Assembly (NCBI GenBank): GCA_002269645.1
Contig: NIVC01003854.1
Coordinates: forward strand, 1-64,000
DNA length: 64,000 nt
Direction of reading: 5' to 3'
Origin: Macrostomum lignano
Lineage: Eukaryota
The notes below the pieces were generated by a model that had not been told where the DNA came from, searched no databases, and worked only from the letters and a program-made list of their open reading frames with translations. Of the stretch, positions 32,901 through 44,208 are shown piece after piece. The first letter of the stretch is position 1; each line of letters begins with the position of its first letter. The translations under genes were made by a program, and so were the position numbers.

Positions 32901-35819
32901 GCATCAATTTGTTGAGCTGATTACTAACTATAGGGTAGAGCTGCCACCACAGTAATTTATGTATTATAGAATATTAAAGTCCCAAAGCTGAAAACTTTAA
33001 GGTTGTTTTATGCCCCACGGGCAAATGACTCAGGATAAACTATTTGGAGCTAACTAATTAATAAGGAATAAATGTTATTGATGTTTATTATTATTATTAA
33101 CTAGATGACCAGATGAGCAAGTAATTTTTTAGCAGACAATAAATATTTTGACTACAATTGATAGATAGAGCCAACTGGTACCGCAGTGCTTTAAGATTGA
33201 ATAAAGTAAATGGTCACTATGGTAATTAGAATACAAGGAGCAAAGAAATCAAAAAATAGATTGAGACAGAACAGTGAAAGTGAGAGAAAGAGCAAGAGAG
33301 GGGCAAGCCTTTAATTTAAAGATGGCAGCATTAGAGGCAACATATAAATATTGACAAAACAAAACTCCAACACATGGGACAGGGCTTGGATGGGCGCATA
33401 AGGCAAGGGATGGGCAGAATGTTGGACAGGAGCAAAATTTGTGTAGAAATAAAGTTTGAGAAATTAAGTAACCAAAAATGGGGAAACAATGAACCATAGG
33501 TGGGAAAATAGAAAACCAAAACTAGGACACAGATAGGACAATGACCAGAAAAATAATGCATTGAAAAGGGTTGAAAAAGAGACCAAAAATTCTGGGGTTG
33601 GGGCATGTAGTATTTTGCAGAAAAAATAAGTTTTTTCATAAAAATATTAAAAGTATTAAGCAAGTGGCAACCAATTTAAAATAAAAATAACAAATAATAC
33701 TATTCAGTAGCAATAGCTAATATAATATACAAAATAGGTCAACTATTTTTCTTATTTTTTTAGCCAATAAAGTATAATAGACTATTATTCAAGATTAGAT
33801 TATAAGGTGTTAAAGGGTCTTTAAAAACAAAAAAACTATAAGAAACAAATAATTGGTCTAAAAATTTATATTCCATCTCTCAACAATATGGAAGGCTATA
33901 GCAGTGCTAGATTGTTAGACATTTAGAACATACCCTCTAAGTCACAACCACAATATCAATAGTCAGAAGGTAAATTGCAAAGCTTGTTTATACCTTCCTT
34001 TTTATATATCAACTGCATCATTCTGCAAAGCAATTCATTGTGCTTTTCCTGCCACTCATTAGCACATTTTTTTCTTTGTGTATAAGCAATGTTTTTTCTC
34101 TTTGTTTTTTCTAGAGTATCAAAACCAAGCTCAATTTTCTATTTGCAGCATAAGAACTAAAAAAAAATGGTCATATTGGCAAAAAGGAGCAAATGCAAAT
34201 GAATATATTTTCTTATACTTAGCTTTAACTGCTATCATATAGCTTATATTCATAACTGCTTTCTAGTTTCAAGGTGCTTCTCTAGTGTTGCCTACAATTG
34301 GTGAGTCATCAATTGATGTTAGTAGTTCTTTGTCTTTTTCAAGATGAATATTACACTTGTCCTTGCTTATTTTACAAAAATGAACCTCTAATATATACCA
34401 CTATTGTTCACAGAGCATATAGTTTTTATCTGAAGACAACCAACAATCAAAGAAGATGTTGCTCATCTTCTTTTGCTGGTTGGTTTTGGTATCTTTAAAC
34501 ACTGCCAGATCTTGTCAAATTTAAAGCTAGAATACATCTTTTAAGATGCATTATAATGGCATTATCATGAATAGAGCAAGCATGATACTATGCATATATT
34601 ATCCATAGTCATCTATGGACCCATCCTTTATCATAAATGGTTCCATATGACTTCTATGCAACTCAGCAAGAATGACAATGCATGAATAATAAACTCATCA
34701 TATCAATGACAAGATTGTATGTCCTGGCTAAATGGGATAAATGTACTAGTATAACTTGTTATAACTTAATAGTTTTAAACTGTTGAAGCTCAACTGAGAA
34801 AATGAAAATCTTGCTCTTGTAGCTTGGCAATTGGCCTTAAAGAATAAAGTTATTTTCAAATAAATAAACAAATGATAAAATAACTGCTAGAACTTGGAAT
34901 TCAGGCTCAGTTGTTAGGGATATAATTAATGGATATACAGATTTTCTTTATATAGTTTTAAAGGAAAAATGCTATTGGCTACTCTTATGCCATAGATATT
35001 AATGTCAAAGCCCTTTTAAACAATGCAGATTCATATTTTTGGATCCTTGATTCATATGCAGAGTAAGTTATATAGGCTGTCATATCTGCTTATCCTATTC
35101 TACTTCCTAGAGGCATCTTTTGACTTTATATTGGGAGCTATAGACCATACTATAAATTTCAAAATCTTCCCTGAGCAGGTCTACACAAAATGCAATAATA
35201 TGTATGCAATCATATGCATAGGCAAATTCACAAGTGTATAGTAGCCCTAACTTTATTTAAGTATTTATGCTTCACTGTGCCTTGGGGGGTTTGGCCTTTA
35301 AGGGCATTGATAAATGAAGTCCCAAATTAATATTACTACACTTGGAATTTGGCATAGGCTTGTAGCACATAAGAGTGCCATGCTAAACCACTGGGCTATG
35401 CCCTATGTGCTAATGAATAGCAAAGAATGTTTAAAACATATCTTACTATTATCACAAACAGACAGGCCACATAAAAAATTGTACATATTGGCACCTAAAC
35501 ATTATTGCTAGTAATTCTCTTGCCACCCTAGCATAAAATAAATGTGTAATATATGTCTCTAGTCCTTTAGGTTAGGTCAGGTTGATGCCTAAATCTTTCT
35601 TATCTATGCTGGGTCTATAATAGTAAAGTTAAAGCCAGTAAATAAAACTTGAATGTTTGAGCACTCAGATTAAGAACAATATTTGGCATATTTGGCATTT
35701 TAAACAAATCCCTGGCATCTTGTCCCTTATTGATCCTTCGCAGGTATAATCAAATCAAACACGCAAAAACACATTCCCAGAGTGTATCATTAATTAATTG
35801 AACTTAACAAAGCACTGAA

Positions 35820-38661
35820 ATGCCTAGCGCAGACAGCAGTGGACATGGCAGTCACAGCAGCAGCAGTGCTAACAGGCGTCTAGCTAAAGAAATCATTCAG
35901 TCTGTCAAGTCCAGCGGCCTGTTTGATGAGCTCAGACGCGACTGTGCAGCTAAGCTGGAGTCCCGATCTGGTTACTCTCGACTGATTAACCAGTTGAAGC
36001 CTCTGACTAAGAAGCACTTAGATAGGGTGGTCTGGGAGCCCGGCTTGAATAAAGTGAGTTTTGCTCCCTCAACTCAATTCCTAATCTCAACTCAATTCTC
36101 AAAGCCCAACTCAATTCCCATTCCCAACTCAATTCCCAATCCCAACTCAATTCCCAATCCCAACTCAATTCCCAATCCCAACTCAATTCCCAATCCCAAC
36201 TCAATTCCCAATCCCAGTTCAATTCCCAATCCCAGTTCAATTCCCAATCCCAGTTCAATTCCCAATCCCAACTCGATTCCCAATCCCAAATCAATTCCCA
36301 ATCCCAACTTAATTCCCAATCCCAACTCAATTCCCAATCCCAACTCAATTCCCAATCCCAGTTCAATTCCCAATCCCAACTCAATTCCCAATCCCAGTTC
36401 AATTCCCAATCCCAACTCAATTCCCAATCCCAACTCGATTCCTAATCCCAACTTAATTCCCAATACCAACTCAATTCCCATTCCCAACTCAATTCCCATT
36501 TCCCAATCTCAACTCAATTCTCAAATCCCAACGCAATTCCCCATCCCCATCAGGTGGCCACCCGGGAGCGACTCAGGCGCCGCCTGTTGGACACCCCGGC
36601 TGTGCAGTCCATGCTGGACGACCTCCTTGACCAGCTGCTCAGCCACAACGCTGTGCAGACCAGCATCCAGCCCCGCGTGGACCGGGCCATCGCTGACTAC
36701 GCAGGAGTCACCCCTGAGGAGCTTCGACAGATGCGGCGTCAGCTGCCGCTGCTGCCAACTCCGAATGAGCAACAGCAACAGCAGCAGCAGCAGCAGCCAG
36801 TGCCGCCGCCGCCCCCGCCGCCCCCACTGCCGCCAACTTCGCTTCCGCCGCCAACTTTCCCAATCCCGATGTTCCCCTTCCCGTTCCCGCCTCCGCCAAT
36901 GCCTCCGTCAGCTTTCGGCTCCTCCGGCCTCGTCATACCGCCACCGCCGCCCCCGCCGCCGCCTCCTCCTCCGCCCCCGCCGCCACCTCCGCCGCCGCCT
37001 CCACCGCCGCCTGAGCACGAAGATGAGGCGCCGCCACCTCCGCCGCCTCCTCCCCCTCCTCCGCCCGAGTCTGAGTCAGAAGAGCAGCGAACTCAGCCGT
37101 CTCAGCCGCTTCATCAGACTCCAAAGACTCCTGAAGGCGAGATGCTCAGTCTGGCACTTGGTGACCAAGCAGAACCGATGGAAACGACAGATAGACTTCC
37201 AACCACTCCGCCAACGCCTCCAGGAGAAGATCCGTCAGGCTTAGCGGATGCGCCAGCCTCCTCCGCCGCTGCCGCCACCGCCTCATCCGACTATAACTTT
37301 GCTTGGAAAGGAGTTCAACTTGACAGTAATGACGTATCGGACGTGACCGTGTCCTCGGTGCATACGTCCGACCTGTCCGATATTGAAGCAGACGATCCCC
37401 AACAGCAGCAGCAACAGCAACAATCTAAGCAGCAGTTGAAGCAATCGAAAAGCAAAAAGAAGAAATCAGCAGCAGCAGCCAAAGAGTCGGAGAAGCAACG
37501 ACAGAAGGCTCAGATTGAAGCCCGACTGCGCGAAATTGAAAGCGAGACAGAGCGCCGGCGTAAGCGAATAATTGACGACAAAGGTAGCGACTTGGCCGCA
37601 GGCGAGGACAAGTCTGCTGCGGCACCGTCGTCCAGCCGTCATCAGCAGCAACAACGCCAGCAGCCTCGTTCCCGATCTCGACGCCGAGAGTCTGAGGGAG
37701 TTGATCGCGGCCACCGGCGTAGGTCCCGGTCTCGATCCCGCGCGGCGCCGCCCTGTCAACCGCCCGGCGTCGGTCCCGCTCCCGCTCGCCGTCGCATCGA
37801 CGTCGATCTTCGCCTCCGCACCGTCGAGACGATCTCGGCCGAAGCGGCAGTCGGCACAGTCGGCATCGCCGCAGTCGCAATCGAGAGGACGCGTCGTCCT
37901 CTGAGTCCCCCGACGGTCGCCGATCGCGTCTACCCGCTGAGCGTCGGCGCCATTTGTCGCCGCCTCGCCGACCGACGCCTCCGCCCCGGCGTCCTGGCGG
38001 GCAGCGTTCGCCATCCCGACGTCGTCAGGATCGTCAGGAGCATCAGCAGCAGCAGCATCGCCGCCGCGGCCGCGAGGATCGTCAGCGTCAGCAGTTGCCT
38101 TCTCCGCAGTCGTCGTCGACTTCTTCCTCGTCTCGATGGCGTCGACGATCGCGGCATTCGAGGACGCCACCGCCGCAGTCGCAGTCGCATCTGTCTTTGA
38201 ATTCGCGTCGACGGTCCCGTCAGCCGGATGTTGGCCAGCTTCAGGACGCAGACGAGGAGGAATTTGACAACTCGAACGGGCCGTCAGGTTTCGGCTCTCG
38301 GAATTCCTCCTACAGGCGGTTCTCGCCGGCGCCGACACCGCCGCCGCACCAACAGCAGGAGCAGCAGCGAAGTCGGCATGGGCGTCAGCGGCATCGACAG
38401 CTCTCGCAGGATGGCAACGACGGTATTGATTGCGACAGTCAAGATACTGAAGGCATGGAAATTGCCGAGCCGCCTTTGGGAGATGTTGACGCTGATGGCG
38501 GTGGAGGCAACGAGGAGGAGCTGCCGAATCAGTTCGTTGAAGCTCCGGGCACGTCGGAACGTCCAACCCCGCAAGCTGAGGATGGCAGCGGCGAAGATGC
38601 CGGCGGTGGCCGCCGCGGAGGCAACTCTGAGACTGAAGAGGGTGAAGTTAGCGACGAGTGA
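35820..38661 (+). CDS. BOD1L1: BOD1/BOD1L1-like protein (COMPASS-Shg1 domain + polyproline + RS-rich tail), about 780 aa. Exons 35820-36053 and 36554-38661, with an apparent 1-bp deletion near 37743
   Basis: VKSSGLFDELRRDC...YSRL...HLDRVVWEPGLNK|VATRERLRRRL...IQPRVDRAI matches the BOD1 N-terminal domain. The 500-nt intron is GT-AG. The RS-rich reading continues in the -1 frame (ORF 37954..38661). Confidence 0.82.
36105..36530 (+). repeat. 12-bp minisatellite (CCCAACTCAATT)n in BOD1-like intron
   Basis: About 35 tandem units visible. Confidence 0.95.
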
Positions 38662-38769
38662 AATCTTCATTTAGTTCTCTGTGTAAATGCCTGTGGGGTC
38701 CTTTCTGCCTGATGCCAGTGTCCTTCAGTGGATTGGGTAAACCTTGCTTAATATTATTCTATTGATTGC

Positions 38770-39290
38770 TAGACCCATCCATGGTATCATTCAGTGGATT
38801 GCTAGACCCTTCCCTTTGATATCATTCATTGGATTGCTAGACCCTTCCCTTTGATATCATTCAGTGGATTGCTAGACCCTTCCCTTTGATATCATTCATT
38901 GGATTGCTAGACCCTTCCCTTTGATATCATTCAGTGGATTGCTAGACCCTTCCCTTTGATATCATTCAGTGGATTCCTAGACCCTTCCCTTTGATATCAT
39001 TCAGTGGATTGCTAGACCCTTCCCTAATATCATTCAGTGGATTGCTAGACCCTTCCCTTTGATATCATTCAGTGGATTGCTAGACCCTTCCCTTTGATAT
39101 CATTCAGTGGATTGCTAGACCCTTCCCTTTGATATCATTCAGTGGATTGCTAGACCCTTCCCTTTGATATCATTCAGTGGATTGCTAGACCCTTCCCTAA
39201 TATCATTCTGTGGATTGCTAGACCCTTTCCTTTGATATCATTCAATTGATTTCTAGACCCTTCCATGGTATCCTTAGGTGGATTGCTAGA
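38770..39290 (+). repeat. 35-bp minisatellite (GATATCATTCAGTGGATTGCTAGACCCTTCCCTTT)n
   Basis: About 14 tandem units downstream of the BOD1-like stop. Confidence 0.95.
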
Positions 39291-39909
39291 CTGACCCTCC
39301 TCCTTACTACTTCAATGCACTATTTAAACAGTTAAGCCAACTTCAATGTTATTGCATTTGTCTTCCTTTAAATGGTCATCAGATTAACTTTTTGTGCTTG
39401 CATTGCATTGCTTTCGTTCATTATATCATCATGTTTGTATAAATTATTTAATGAAAAATAAATAGTTTATGAATTGGTGCACTTTTTCATGGATTTTGTT
39501 TTAATTTACTTATTTTTGAAAAAAATTTCCTATAGGATTTCTACTACTAATATCCCTACTTAAAGTAGGCTAGTGCTCCGTTCTCAGTTCGGCAACTGTT
39601 TTTTTTAAAGATTCTTTTAAGTTGCTTTCCGGACAGAACAGTCGGAGCTAACAGTGAATGCAGCAATCTATAACGAGGTGCCAGTTTGAATTTTCAGCTA
39701 CTGAAAACTTGGCATGCGAAATTTTGATTGCATATTTTTATTCTAATTATTAGTAGAAAGTAAAGTAAGTCATACAAATGGCACAGCTGAACTCATTGGC
39801 TTTATGAATGTGACATGTACATATGATATAATATTAACGTATTAGAATCCTAATTTTCTAAACGAAAGGCTTTATGGATATCAACAGAGCTATAACTGGG
39901 GTCGTCGAG

Positions 39910-40250
39910 GGGAGGGAAGAGGAGAGGGAAGAGAAGAGGAGAGGGAAGAGAAGAGGAGAGAGAAGGGGAGAGAGGGAATAGAAGGGGAGAGAGGGAAGAG
40001 AAGGGGAGAGAGGGGAGAGAGGGAAGAGAAGGGGAGAGAGGGAAGAGAAGGGGAGAGAGGGAAGAGAAGGGGAGAGAGGGGAGAGAGGGAAGAGAATGGG
40101 AGAGAGGGAAGAGAGGAGGAGAGAGAAGGGGAGAGGAGATGAGAAAGAAGGGAGAAAAGCGGAGAGACAAGAGAGAAGAGAGGGGGAGAATATGAGAGAG
40201 AGGAGAGCAGGGGAAGAAGGGAGAGAAAAGACGGGAAAAGAGGGAGAACT
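39910..40250 (+). repeat. Polypurine (GA-rich) low-complexity tract
   Basis: Almost exclusively G and A (GAGAGGGAAGAGAAGGG-like units). Confidence 0.95.
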
Positions 40251-40560
40251 AATATGTATTTTTCGGTAAAACCTGTCTCCTAAAGTTTTCCAAGAAACGT
40301 AACGTCCCGTCTTTCTACTTCAGTAGTCTTTGGTGCCAAAGTGCCCGGGTTCGAATCTGTGCGTGTCCGAATTAATTTAAGACGGGTTAGGATATGGTGT
40401 GATAAAATGCCTGAGAAAATCAGCGGTGTCTGTTTAGAAAGTTAGAGAGCTAATATTAATTAATGCATTGTTGAACTCATTAAGCCGATATGTATCGTAA
40501 CACACGTTGTCTTGTCGTCTATTTCCAGCTCAATCCTCTGTAACCACCACCCGAGCAGTC

Positions 40561-40800
40561 ATGCTGAGCCGCACTTCTCTCGCTTTGCTACGCGCCGGCA
40601 CCCGGCTTGGCCATCAGGCATCAATGCCGGCTGTCCGCGCCAACTCCAACTTCTACTGGGCCACGCCGCCGCGCAACCGGGTCTCCGTTGGCACCAAAGT
40701 CGGCATGGGCGTCAGCCTCTACCTGGTCTGGTTTCTGCCGCTGTGCGCCTTCCTGCAAATCTGCAAGAATTACCGCACCGAAGGCGAGGATGCCGAGTAA
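40561..40800 (+). CDS. COX8: Cytochrome c oxidase subunit 8 (79 aa, single exon)
   Basis: Arg/Ser/Leu-rich mitochondrial presequence, then PPRNRVSVGTKVGMG-TM-FLPLCAFLQICKNYR. This resembles the invertebrate COX8 pattern PP..RIS..EK..(TM)..P.W.L.H...Y(K/R), recalled from memory. Confidence 0.72.
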   Translation: MLSRTSLALLRAGTRLGHQASMPAVRANSNFYWATPPRNRVSVGTKVGMGVSLYLVWFLPLCAFLQICKNYRTEGEDAE

Positions 40801-41383
40801 TTGAAGACTATAGGCTGAATTTGGAAACTGATGAAAATTGGAACACTTTAAATTTAAGACGTAGCTTAACTACTATTAGTAGGGCATCGAGTTTTCGTTT
40901 GTATTGATTAGAAAAAAAGCTTCACTCTCTCCTTCAGTGTATCTTCTAGTATAGCTAAAAACACGCGTCCATGGGCCACTTGTTGCAACACCTTCATTGC
41001 CCATCATCTGTTTGCTTAAAATTGATAAAGCAAGCAATAACAGTTCTCCGTAGCGCCTGGGGTTCAAACTTTCTGCAAGAAAATCGATAAATTTATTAAT
41101 AAATAAACACTTCTATCGTTAGTTAATTCAACTAATTAATCATCCCATGTAGATGATATAATTGAATCATTAAAGCTTGTTATAAGTTTTTTATTTTGAT
41201 TTCGTTGTTATTCAAACTTATGCCAGCTACATTTAGTAGTATGGTTTTTATGTTAAGAGTATCTTATTATAATTATTAATCGATATTTGCATATATCTAG
41301 TTGATAATAATAACTTCGCACTACTTTCAGAATAATAAACAGTAGTATAATAGAAACTTGTGATCAAGTTTTATTTAAATCAA

Positions 41384-43608
41384 ATGGGCTGCATTCAGTC
41401 GGGCCCAACTTTCGTTGTGGATGGGAGATCGTATCGAATTGTTGAAAATATTGGCGAAGGGTGAGTCGTGTTTTAATTTTTAATAAAATCCTGCAGCTTA
41501 ATTCGTTTGCCTGTCTGTAATAGTTGAAATTGGGAATTAAACTGATACGATATTGGTTAAGTGCATGAATAGACACGATCCGATATGTATCGAAAGTAGT
41601 ATTCGTAACATGCTACACAAACATACAATTTATAGATATAAATTTAAACTTTGCTAGTTAATGCAGTATTTAAAGGCGCCACAAAGCTCTATTCAGAGTC
41701 CAGCTGAAAACAGGACGTTTCGTGCTTGTATTCGTGTATTTATGTCAGTTAAGGTATGGCCTGATATGCAAGAATGTATCGAAAGTATGTTCATGCCCCG
41801 ATATGTATCGAAAGTAATGTTTGCCTATTAAAAAATCGATTAGTCCAAGACCCAATTTGTATCGAAAGTAGTGTTTGTCTATTAAAAATGAGATAAGTCC
41901 ATGACCCGATATGTATCGAAAGTAGTGTTTGTCTATTAAAAAATCGATAAGTCCATGACCCGATATGTATGGAAAGTAGCATTCGCCAATAAGAAAATAA
42001 CGCAGCGTCTCCAAAATGCGATTTGTGCAGCGGCTTCAGCCAGGTGGATTTGTGCCGTGAAGAGAAATCCAACCGGCTGTGCGTGGCGAAACGAATTCTC
42101 TGTCACTCCCGCGCGGACTCGGAGCGGGCTGTTCGAGAGGCTGAGTACCACCGCAGGCTGCGGCACCCGAACCTGCTCACCTGTCTGGGCCACTCAGTCG
42201 GCCAGCCAATAACCTCAGTGGCGGCAACAGTGGTTGCCGAGGTAATTTTGGTGCTTCCCTACCATCGACGTGGCACTTTATCCGAAGAATTGGACCTCTG
42301 CCGTATTGCCAAATCGTCAATTGGTTTGAATAGAATCCTATCAACAATTAGCGGTCTCTGCTCTGGTTTGGCCGCAATGCACTCGGCCGATTTGGCGCAT
42401 CGGGACCTGAAAACTGGCAATGTACTCTTAGACGACTCATTACGACCAATCCTGATGGATTTTGGTAGCGTCACGGATAAACTGGTGTGGATTAATAGTC
42501 GTCAGGAGGCTGTACGTTGGCAGGATTTCGCCGCCGAGCACTGCTCGATGACATATCGGGCGCCTGAGCTGTACAACGTGCCGTGTCCTGGCATTATCAG
42601 CGAGAAAGCCGATATTTGGGTGAGATGGCTATTTGAACTACTGAAAGTAGAAATATACGAATATTTTGTCGTTTTTTTTCGCTATAGTCACCCTCTTTTT
42701 TGTAACAACTTTTAAATGGAATTAATTTAAATAGTTTTTCAGTGTTGGTAGTCCTTAAGTAAAACTTAGCGATGTAACTACTTTAAAATTGGTAATTAAA
42801 TAGAGATTTCCGTATCTGTCTAGCTAGTATATAGGACTATCCAATCCGCTGAAATAAATGAAATCAAATTATTTTCGCAACATATCGGCTAGCAAACTAT
42901 ACTCTGAATGTTTAATACTTATATGTTCTTTTTTAATTATTTTTTTCATTTTTCGCAATATCTTTAAAAAGTCTTACTAAATACATTTTGCGCTTGTTTA
43001 GTGGAAATCTAAAATTGGTAAAAAAAAGTTGCATCGGCCGGGAATCGAACCCGGGCCGCCCGCGTGGCAGGCGAGCATTCTACCACTGAACCACCGATGC
43101 TTAGTATTGTAGGAAGTGAACAAGACTTTATATTGTTTAAAGGCAAAAATATCCTTTGCAACATGCTAATGTCATGTACTTTTATTATAGAGCCTTGGCT
43201 GCGTTCTTTACGCCCTGTGCTACAACGAGTCGCCATTTGATCTGGTGTATAGTCGCGGCGATAGCGTCGCTTTAGCCACTTGCTCGGGGATTAAACTACC
43301 AACTAGTCCAGAATTCGAGTGAGTGTTCGCACTTTAAATTTAAATTGTACGCTCAATATTATAACTAATGACAATCTTCTCAAACTCCTATCAGCTACCC
43401 TTCAGAGCTACAGCAGCTGATTCTCTCTATGGGTAACCCAGATCCTGACAGGCGGCCCTCATTAGCCGAGATTCGAACCGTATTGGCTCCGCTTCTAATT
43501 TCTGCCGGCCTACCAACAGAAGAACCAGAGGATGATGCAACTGAGGCTGCAGTTGTCAGTCAAGGCGATGTTCGATTGACATCAGTAGCTCATACGCAGG
43601 AAGCATAG
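41384..43608 (+). CDS. STK16: Serine/threonine kinase 16 (NAK family), about 335 aa. Exons 41384-41460, 42031-42619, 43191-43318, 43395-43608
   Basis: N-terminal MGC (myristoylation/palmitoylation), IGEGGFSQV, VAKRILCH, HRDLKTGNV, LMDFGS, AAEHCSMTYRAPEL, ADIW|SLGCVLYA and PFDLVYSRGDSVALA. Splice phases are consistent. Confidence 0.92.
41575..41980 (+). repeat. Degenerate repeat array with conserved CCGATATGTATCGAAA motif (STK16 intron 1)
   Basis: About 6 motif copies, several at about 54-bp spacing. Confidence 0.7.
43030..43100 (-). tRNA. tRNA-Gly(GCC), in STK16 intron 2, antisense
   Basis: Reverse complement GCATCGGTGGTTCAGTGGTAGAATGCTCGCCTGCCACGCGGGCGGCCCGGGTTCGATTCCCGGCCGATGCA forms a complete cloverleaf and is followed by a T7 Pol III terminator. 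Confidence 0.98.
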
Positions 43609-43627
43609 CTGTAATTTTAAATCCCTT

Positions 43628-43925
43628 TGCCGATATGTATCGAAATCTTCTTTGTTACAGAAATTACATTGTGTTGTTTTTGTGCCGATATGTGTCGAAA
43701 TCTACTGTGTTACAGAAATTACATATGTTATACTACTGCCGATATGTATCGAGTGCATCCAACATGGAGACCCAGTCCTACCGATATGTTTCGAAATGCA
43801 TTATTTAACTCTTGGGACCTAGTGCTGCCGATATGTCTTAAATATTTATTCGCAATTTATTTGTTCGATATGTATCGAAAGACATAACTGTGGATACAGT
43901 CCTTCCGACCGATATTTATCGAAAG
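43628..43925 (+). repeat. Second CCGATATGTATCGAAA motif array just 3' of STK16
   Basis: 7 motif copies separated by 21-38-bp diverged spacers. Confidence 0.7.
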
Positions 43926-44208
43926 TCGATGTCTACTACTGTGCTTAAATATGTTCTATATATGTTGACATTTATCTATCATTCCATATTTTCTAGACCT
44001 AAATTGTTGAAAAGCTCGCCAGTCGGAATATTCGTATTGTCAGTAGTGTCTTCAGTTTTTTTGGTCAAAATTACTTATTAATTTTCTGTAATATAAGTTC
44101 CGTTTGGGTGTAACATTCATACTCATAAACCAATAAACTTTGTTAATTTTTTATTATGTTTTCTCTTTTGGTTTACTGGCATCCAGCAATATTCGACCGT
44201 TTTCTAAT

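Noticed and set aside
35820-37244. 474-aa ORF as a single protein with (IPNPNS)n
   Set aside because: It reads through a 500-nt GT-AG intron. BOD1 homology resumes in another frame at 36554.
37466-38566. 366-aa antisense ORF
   Set aside because: Shadow of the GC-rich RS-coding strand, with no motif.
40321-40370. tRNA-like fragment with GGTTCGAATC
   Set aside because: No acceptor stem or D-arm pairing; at most a decayed SINE head or pseudogene.
43628-43925. CRISPR-like repeat-spacer array
   Set aside because: Eukaryotic context and no cas genes. The repeat is only 16 bp and degenerate, and neighbouring spacers resemble each other, as in a decayed minisatellite.
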